Part shown: positions 57,378 to 64,000 of the stretch, piece by piece
How positions within the stretch are numbered: the stretch's first letter is position 1
Layout of the letters: each line of letters opens with the position of its first letter
From: Nemertoderma westbladi
Taxonomy: Eukaryota > Animalia > Xenacoelomorpha
Direction of reading: 5' to 3'
Assembly (NCBI GenBank): GCA_032718475.1
Contig: JAUCBJ010007601.1
Location: forward strand, 1-64,000
Length of the DNA: 64,000 nucleotides
Program-made: the position numbers and the translations under genes
Notes under the pieces: model-generated
The model's input: the letters and a program-made list of their open reading frames with translations, nothing else
What the model was told of the DNA's origin: nothing
The model's database searches: none

Positions 57378-58187
57378 GTTAAATAATATCATCTTCGAAG
57401 ATAAAGACATTTCTCGGATAGAGAATTCAAGAGACGGAAATCTTAAAAGATAAGTATTATTCTTTAGGAACCGTGGTGCGGTACTTGAGGAATTAATTAT
57501 TTGTTTATTTCCATTTCCAACTCTCCAACCAACGTTCAGCGCTACTCCTTTTCTCCCAGCTGTTGGTCTCTATCAACAAGAACCGGTCGTGAGGATTCGG
57601 CGACTTGATGGGGCAAGTACTCTTTTTTTTGGGCCAGACTTGAACTCAAGAAAAGATAATATCGCCAAGCGGCACACGGGCGCGAAGGATTACGTCTGCG
57701 ACTAACCTAGTTGAGGCCAATACAAGGCAGTGCAACCAGGACTTTCAGGACCGGAATTTATTCCGTAACGTATAATTTATTACTTTATTTCTTATGTTCA
57801 GTAATTTTACTGTAGGTATTCTATACTGTAAGTAAGAAGATACAGTAGATAGACCTACACTTTGTTCTTTGACTATAATTACTAGTGGAGGCACCACTGA
57901 AGCTAGAAGATAGTTGTAGTATATTTTTCTAATATCTCGGGTATTTTTTCTCTTCGTTTTTAACCCGTACTAATATTTTTCTTTTCGTAATTTGTCACCT
58001 AACCGGTGATATGCTAAAGCTGAGCCAAGACTGACTCAGTTAGTACGATTAATATGGTCGTCAGATTATAATTTTTGTTTTATTGTAATATAATTACTGT
58101 ATCCTTATTTATATTCTTTATCAGGTAAATTGAGAGTGAACTTTCGAAAATAAAAAATAAAAATTTGATAACATCCGTACCTTTATC

Positions 58188-61100
58188 ATGTCTACCGATG
58201 CATCTACGGAACAGGAGACCCCTCAAAGCGAGTTCGTTCCCAGTGGTAATGGATTAGACTCGGACGAGACTTCGTCGGCGTTTCAACGGCCTACGATCTC
58301 GGTAAATGAAACAGAGCCCATTGGGCAGCTGCCAGTAGACTCATATCCTGTCCACAACATCCTCTCACTTGGTGAGAACGCGAACTCTCACTGTGCTATT
58401 GGCAGTGAGCAAAGTGCCGTACACGAAACTCGTGACACATTAATCGGAACTCTTAGTTCTAGAACAAAGTCTAGAACAACAAAAGAAATCCCTGCTGTGG
58501 ATATAGCCACCATCAACCGCCAACTTGGTCAATTCTATCACCATTTAGACGTTGGAATAGTTGAGTTGGAAGCCCAAGCAAGATTTCCCAAAACAGGTAA
58601 GTCTTTAGACAACATTGATAGGAATCTTGCACGTTTAGAATCTAGGTGGCAATCAATTACCAAGTTATATAAACAGCAAATTGATTTCTTAGAAACTCAA
58701 GGAACCTTCGGTGAGTACCAACGGGCCAAAAATAAGTTTGTAACGGATGAATGTAAGTATCGGGAATTTAGGGATAGTTTAATTCAGGTGTATGACAAGG
58801 TATCTGCCAGTAATGTGTGTGTGCCTAGTGCGACTGTGTGTGTTCCTAGAGTGATCCGAAGTCCGGTAAACTCTTCCCAGTCTCGCATGTCAAATATGCA
58901 GTGGGATAACTATCCATTGTCCTCAATATTGAGGTCAGACCTTGAACAAACAATGACCCATCAAACCAGTTTAGAAAATGTAGGGCATTCTGAATTACTT
59001 AATTTTCCTTTGCAAAACCACCGGCTTGAGGGAGGTACATTAGAATCAGTTGCTAGTAGTATTGGTAAAGTAACTACTGATATGTCATTACACTCTCAGA
59101 GATCTGATAATAAGTCTTCTAAGTCATCTAAACTGAGAAGAATAGCAGATGCTAATATGGCTGTATTAGCTAAGAGACAAGCGGAAGAAACTTTGCGCTT
59201 GTCTCATCAAATAGAGAGAGAAAAAATCCATGTTCAAAATGAACTTATGTCAGAACAAGCAAAAGCACGCATAGAGGAAGCCAAGCGTCAGGTTGCAGAC
59301 ACAGCAATAGAAGCCAACCGCATGATTTCGAAGACTACCCAGCAGGCTGAAGATGCAAGACGGGAAGCTATTCTTCTCACAGAGAATGCAGAGAAACAGT
59401 TGAAACGCGTGGAACAGGCTGAACAAGCTAGAGTGGTAGAAAGTCGAAGGAGAAGTGATATTTATGATCGCATACGTCAGCTTGAAGATGCAATGGATAT
59501 GCAGACTGTGCACCACCAGCTACAGGTGGAAGAATGTCGTCAGCAAGCAGAAATATTGAATTGTACGGACGTAGTTTCGGACGAATTGGCAGGTCTAGGT
59601 GTTGTACCTTCAATTAAACCAGTCCGATCTATACCCCTAATTAGTAATGACTATTCAACATTTCCCCCTCCCCTTAGATCCACACCTAATAACCATCCAT
59701 TACCAGCAGAAAAGACAGCCAGCAAACCTGTTGTTTTTCAGGATTGTTCTATCCCCTCTGAAACTAAAACCATCCACCCTAAAGGACCCATAGACAGGAT
59801 GAAACTGATATTTAGTGACGAGTGTAAGGTAATTAGGACTGACACAGAAGAATCACCTGATGAATCAGCTGATTCAATTGCGTTGGAACCACAAAGGACT
59901 AGAATCTTCCGGCGTCAAGTTGTACAGCCACAATCTTCAAGTAATAACAATAATATGACTTCCATCCCCGAGAATCCGGTTACTCAACAGCAGCTAGAGG
60001 ATGCAGTAACTTCCGTTAAAGAGGCTATTAACCTTTTAACACAACAAATAGTAACCCCAACTGTGCCAAAACACAATGCGCCAGGTGCAGCAAGTAGACG
60101 GATTAAGGTTGAATCCTCATTTACAGAGAACAATGAAGTTAGGGGTAATACGCACCATAGGGGTAGTATGTTCTTGCATGAGCAGCCAAGCTATTACATT
60201 CCAGATATTCGAAAAAAAGGTTCATTTCATATTCCCGGGACACCCCAGATACACTTACCATGTGCAGCGAGTGCATATCAAACAGTGAGAAATCCATATC
60301 CTCTGCCAAAAAAGGCAGAAACAACTGATAATAGACAAGTTAATGTTACTTCAGAACCTTTTTGTTTACCGCGAGGACCGCGGGACTGTGATTTTTATGT
60401 TAAACCACGAGAAACACATCAATGGTCTAAATGTTACACTGAGCAGACCCCAAGAAAATCAGGGGACTCAATGTCAGTAAGTAGGCCACCCTTAAGACAG
60501 TCTGATACTACTAGTAATCCCACGGGTGTCAATCGACCTGCAAGTCGAAGCAATACGGGCAGGTATCCGGACAGGGAACCGGGCAGATATCCGGACAGGG
60601 AACCGAGCAGGTATCCAGACAGTAACCCAGGTAGATATTCAGACAGAGACCCGGACAGGGAACCGGGCAGGTATCCAGACAGGGAACCGGGCAGGTATCC
60701 AGACAGGAACCCAGGTAGATATTCAGACAGAGACCCGGACAGGGAACCGGGCAGGTATCCAGACTGGAACCCAGGTAGATATTCAGACAGAGACCCGGAC
60801 AGGGAACCGGGCAGGTATCCAGACTGGAACCCAGGTAGATATTCAGACAGAGACCCGGACAGGGAACCGGGCAGGTATCCAGACAGGTATCCAGACTGGA
60901 ACCCGGACAGGGACCCAGATAAAGACCCAGAGGGGGACCCGGACAAATACTCAGACAAAGATTCAGACAGACCACCAGACCGTGAAATCTTTGGTAAAAA
61001 GTATAACAGTGGCCGTTCTAGAGATTGCCTGGGTGAAAGCAATTGTAATCACCCAACCTCACATCAACAACATGCCCTTTTTGAAAAATTGGCATTATCC

Positions 61101-63917
61101 CTCGAGGCGCCTAAGTTAGACCCAACTCCTTTCACAGGGGACCCAAAAATGTTTCTGGTTTTTAAAAATAGATTCAGGACACAAGTGGATAATAAAGAAG
61201 TTACAGATGACGTCAAACTAAGATATCTAATAACATATTTCCGAGGTGAGCCTTTAGAAATGATTGAGCATTATGAAGGAATGGAAAATGGTTATGAACA
61301 AGCTTGGAATACACTCGAACGGCTTTATGGCCAACCTACCAGAGTAATGAAGGCAGTTATTTATGATGTTACTAGATGTCGGTACCCAGTGTCTTCTCCA
61401 AAAGAACTTTTAAAATACTCTCATGACGTTAGGAGAACGATGGACGTATTACAAACATTAAATTGTTATGAATATGTAAATAATCCGGATTTCATCCAAC
61501 AAGTAGCTTCAAACTTAGCAAACAATCTCAGATGGCGATGGGCCAGACAGACACATAACTTTAGGAAAGTCAATGGTAGAGATCCAGGTATGTCCGAATT
61601 GGTAGTATTCTTAGACGAGGAGACAAGTATTGCGACATGTCCATTGTATGGACCACAAGCTGCAGAGGAAGTATTACGCTGTAAGATGGGTGAAAAATTT
61701 AAAGGTTTTGGCAATAATTCAACGCCTGCACCTATCACTCAACGGACCCAAAAACAACCTGTCGAGCCCAAAGTGACCAGCACCATGGATAATTTTTATG
61801 CAGACGAGAACACTGTTAATTTTTCTATGAAAGAAGATGTAGTGCTACCTGTGTCTGAGCAAAGTAACTTTTCCAGCTATCTACCTGCCAATGATGAAAG
61901 TGTTGAAATACATACTATTGACACAGAGATAAAACCCTGTTTATGTTGTAGTAAGTTTCATCTTCTGACGAGATGTTCCCAGTTTTTCTCTTTGGGTGAA
62001 CAGGAATGTTGGAATTTTGTTATAGATCATAAGTTATGTAGCTTATGTTTGAAATCTGGCCATTGGCGTAAAAAGTGCCGTTCTCTCTACCGTTGCACGG
62101 TGAATGGCTGTGGGAGGAAACACGCTAAATGTTTGCATCCTGAATTAGGTAAAACAGATGAGGAGACAGAAGGTCTTATTAAGAATTTCTACGCATTGCA
62201 ACGTGATAGTAAAACTCCGATGAAATTTAGTGAGTTTACCAATCGTAAGCAAGTAGGATATGAAGCTTATAAAAGTGTGGCGTCCATGACAGTGAACCAT
62301 TACGCAAATTTGACGCCCAGCCCCAGTCAAACAAGTATTAAAGCAGTATTTTTACGAGTTGTTCCGATGGCAGTGAGCAATCCCATCACCGGTTGTAGAC
62401 TCACTACGTTTGGGTTATTAGATGAAGGATCTACTGGTTCTTTTATGGATAAATCACTGGGCGAGTTACTGACATTAGAAAGTTATCCAGTATCAGTTAA
62501 ACTAAACACCCTACTTTCACAGGAAGGAAAAGAACTTCAACAGACGTCTTGTCTAATTAGTTCTATAATGCCAGATAGTAATATTACATTACATGCCAGT
62601 GAACTACTATTAATTCAGAATTTGCATTTGAACTATACTAGACCGTCCCAATGGTCGTTAGATCGTCTACCTTATTTGAAGAATTTAAATTTGGAATATC
62701 CAACGGTGGACGTCAATCGGATTTCTATGCTAATTGGCTTGAATAATCCACGTGCCCATCGCGTCTATAAGACTGTATGGGGACCAACCCCTTACGACGA
62801 AGAAAATAATCCACACGCGATTAAGACTCCCTTTGGATGGACAATAGTGGGTCCAATCACTGACTGTAGAATAAAACCCTCACTGCCTACATCGAGTATA
62901 AAACCAGTTGTGGAAACAAACCCCGATATAGATCTAGAAATACATACCTGCGTGCCAATGGTAAGTGAGAAGTATGACTTTGTAGAGCAGATGGAGAATG
63001 TGGAGCAGCCATGCACATGGCGTTTACAGAATGATGGCGAACATGATGTTTTCCATAACGAAGTCGCAACAATAGACATAAATCATGTACAATGTTGTCC
63101 ATGGAGAGTTGATACGAGTACAGGGGACGAAGCAACCCATGATTTGTTAAAGAAATTTTTTGATTCGGAAGCATTTGTTTGTCCTACCCGCATTGTCAAT
63201 AAATCTATACAAGATCATAAATGCGAGAAAATTTTGAAAGAAAGCACTCGTTTCATCAATGGACACTACCACGTAGAAATGTTATGGCTTGATAAAGACA
63301 AACCACTGATTAATAATAAATATTTAGCCCTGACCCGCTTAAGATGGATAAAGCGTAAATTGATTAAAATGCCTGACGAACATAATAAATACCAAGCAAT
63401 ACTAGACGATTATGAAAAAAAGGGTTATGTCAGACGCCTTTCCTTGGTGGAAAAGTTGTTACCGGATGGTCCTAGGAAATATTACCTCCCAACTCACCCC
63501 GTATGGGATCCAAATAAACCAGGTAAGTTACGCATTGTACTTAATGCTGCAGCGCAATATAAAGGGATGAGTTTAAATTCAGAGCTCATGGAAGGACCCA
63601 ATATATACACATCTATTGTTGATGTCCTCCTTAAGTTTCGTCAACATCGTGTGGTGTTTGGATCAGACGTGGAAGGTATGTTTCACCAAGTACGGACATT
63701 CGATAGAGATTCGCAATCCCAGAATATTCTTTGGTGGGAGGGGGACACTGAGCCAAGTGAGTTACAGGACTTAATTGTGTATCAAATGCTAGTGCATGGG
63801 TTCGGGAAAAAGGATTCTCCATGCGTTGCAACGCACGCATTGCGTCAGTCGGCGTACGACCATCGTGAAGAGTACCATCGTTCTGTTAAGAAGCGATTAC
63901 AAGAGCATTTTACGTAG
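58188..63917 (+). CDS. BEL/Pao Gag-protease-reverse transcriptase polyprotein (1909 aa, truncated by a frameshift within RT)
   Basis: DUF1759-like Gag core (LEAPKLDPTPFTGDPKMFLVFKNRF...KLRYLITY, from ~61101). Three BEL-type Cys/His knuckles CLCCSKFHLLTRC, CSLCLKSGHWRKKC and CTVNGCGRKHAKCLH (61938-62138). Aspartic protease LLDEGS (D codon at 62421) plus ISMLIG and AIKTPFGWTIVG. RT motifs YLPTHPV..PNKPGKLRIV, SLNSELMEGPN, LLKFR, SDVEGMFHQV and FGKKDSP. Confidence 0.93.
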   Translation: MSTDASTEQETPQSEFVPSGNGLDSDETSSAFQRPTISVNETEPIGQLPVDSYPVHNILSLGENANSHCAIGSEQSAVHETRDTLIGTLSSRTKSRTTKEIPAVDIATINRQLGQFYHHLDVGIVELEAQARFPKTGKSLDNIDRNLARLESRWQSITKLYKQQIDFLETQGTFGEYQRAKNKFVTDECKYREFRDSLIQVYDKVSASNVCVPSATVCVPRVIRSPVNSSQSRMSNMQWDNYPLSSILRSDLEQTMTHQTSLENVGHSELLNFPLQNHRLEGGTLESVASSIGKVTTDMSLHSQRSDNKSSKSSKLRRIADANMAVLAKRQAEETLRLSHQIEREKIHVQNELMSEQAKARIEEAKRQVADTAIEANRMISKTTQQAEDARREAILLTENAEKQLKRVEQAEQARVVESRRRSDIYDRIRQLEDAMDMQTVHHQLQVEECRQQAEILNCTDVVSDELAGLGVVPSIKPVRSIPLISNDYSTFPPPLRSTPNNHPLPAEKTASKPVVFQDCSIPSETKTIHPKGPIDRMKLIFSDECKVIRTDTEESPDESADSIALEPQRTRIFRRQVVQPQSSSNNNNMTSIPENPVTQQQLEDAVTSVKEAINLLTQQIVTPTVPKHNAPGAASRRIKVESSFTENNEVRGNTHHRGSMFLHEQPSYYIPDIRKKGSFHIPGTPQIHLPCAASAYQTVRNPYPLPKKAETTDNRQVNVTSEPFCLPRGPRDCDFYVKPRETHQWSKCYTEQTPRKSGDSMSVSRPPLRQSDTTSNPTGVNRPASRSNTGRYPDREPGRYPDREPSRYPDSNPGRYSDRDPDREPGRYPDREPGRYPDRNPGRYSDRDPDREPGRYPDWNPGRYSDRDPDREPGRYPDWNPGRYSDRDPDREPGRYPDRYPDWNPDRDPDKDPEGDPDKYSDKDSDRPPDREIFGKKYNSGRSRDCLGESNCNHPTSHQQHALFEKLALSLEAPKLDPTPFTGDPKMFLVFKNRFRTQVDNKEVTDDVKLRYLITYFRGEPLEMIEHYEGMENGYEQAWNTLERLYGQPTRVMKAVIYDVTRCRYPVSSPKELLKYSHDVRRTMDVLQTLNCYEYVNNPDFIQQVASNLANNLRWRWARQTHNFRKVNGRDPGMSELVVFLDEETSIATCPLYGPQAAEEVLRCKMGEKFKGFGNNSTPAPITQRTQKQPVEPKVTSTMDNFYADENTVNFSMKEDVVLPVSEQSNFSSYLPANDESVEIHTIDTEIKPCLCCSKFHLLTRCSQFFSLGEQECWNFVIDHKLCSLCLKSGHWRKKCRSLYRCTVNGCGRKHAKCLHPELGKTDEETEGLIKNFYALQRDSKTPMKFSEFTNRKQVGYEAYKSVASMTVNHYANLTPSPSQTSIKAVFLRVVPMAVSNPITGCRLTTFGLLDEGSTGSFMDKSLGELLTLESYPVSVKLNTLLSQEGKELQQTSCLISSIMPDSNITLHASELLLIQNLHLNYTRPSQWSLDRLPYLKNLNLEYPTVDVNRISMLIGLNNPRAHRVYKTVWGPTPYDEENNPHAIKTPFGWTIVGPITDCRIKPSLPTSSIKPVVETNPDIDLEIHTCVPMVSEKYDFVEQMENVEQPCTWRLQNDGEHDVFHNEVATIDINHVQCCPWRVDTSTGDEATHDLLKKFFDSEAFVCPTRIVNKSIQDHKCEKILKESTRFINGHYHVEMLWLDKDKPLINNKYLALTRLRWIKRKLIKMPDEHNKYQAILDDYEKKGYVRRLSLVEKLLPDGPRKYYLPTHPVWDPNKPGKLRIVLNAAAQYKGMSLNSELMEGPNIYTSIVDVLLKFRQHRVVFGSDVEGMFHQVRTFDRDSQSQNILWWEGDTEPSELQDLIVYQMLVHGFGKKDSPCVATHALRQSAYDHREEYHRSVKKRLQEHFT
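60558..60986 (+). repeat. In-frame coding minisatellite (12-bp base unit; 24/36/60-bp higher units) encoding GRYPDREP/GRYSDRDPDREP/GRYPDWNP repeats
   Basis: 60721-60780 and 60781-60840 are identical 60-mers, and the match continues to ~60884. The tetrapeptide periodicity spans about aa 791-933. Confidence 0.92.
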
Positions 63918-64000
63918 ACGACTGTTATACTGGAGCAGAAACTGTAGATGAGGCAGTTAGATTAGCCCATGGTATCACCAATTGTTTAAAAATGGGGGGG
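63911..64000 (+). CDS. Continuation of the RT domain in the -1 frame (YVDDCYTGAETVDEAVRLAHGITNCLKMGG...), partial
   Basis: TAC GTA GAC GAC at 63911-63922 encodes the RT catalytic YVDD. The frame is open to the window end and matches the BEL pattern FYVDD-x-G----EA-------L--GGF. Confidence 0.88.

Larger units (their letters stand above)
56926..64000 (+). mobile_element. BEL/Pao (Belpaoviridae) LTR retrotransposon, 5' portion; runs off the window end
   Basis: Abrupt switch from satellite (...AATAGCCCT) to unique sequence beginning TGT. A ~1.26-kb non-coding LTR/leader is followed by a single Gag-PR-RT ORF with BEL/Pao-diagnostic motifs. Confidence 0.93.

Noticed and set aside
58100-58132. Possible splice site (pyrimidine tract, CAG|GTAAAT) upstream of the ATG
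   Set aside because: Such motifs are common in AT-rich DNA and there is no transcript evidence.
60434-61119. Antisense and alternate-frame ORFs (SGYLPGSL, DTCPVPC and IQTGTQVD repeats)
   Set aside because: By-products of a stop-free 12-bp-unit repeat inside the Gag frame. They end soon after leaving the repeat.
59250-63840. Other short ORFs (61-95 aa) overlapping the polyprotein
   Set aside because: Shadow ORFs without recognisable motifs.

Overview
Eukaryotic repeat-rich window with three parts. (1) 1-~2610: anomalous low-complexity sequence. It opens with 14 bp of the reverse complement of the satellite, continues as a G-depleted ~39-40 bp echo of the satellite, then runs ~1.8 kb without any G around an A/C-only core. 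This is most likely a read or consensus artefact at a fold-back or inversion point. (2) ~2613-56925: an uninterrupted head-to-tail array of a 41-bp satellite (consensus CCTACAGTACTACTACA[TTA/CTC]TCTA[C/T]TGCATCGTCTAATAG[G/C], about 1,320 monomers) with nested higher-order duplications of 410 bp, ~1.9-2.7 kb and 5,128 bp. (3) 56926-64000: the 5' half of a BEL/Pao LTR retrotransposon joined cleanly to a satellite monomer. It has a TG-initiated LTR/leader and a 1909-aa Gag-protease-RT ORF with an unusually long N-terminus, including a coiled coil and a GRYPD/REP peptide-repeat expansion. The ORF is broken by a 1-nt frameshift in a T run immediately before the RT YVDD motif. No host genes, RNA genes or CRISPR arrays are supported.
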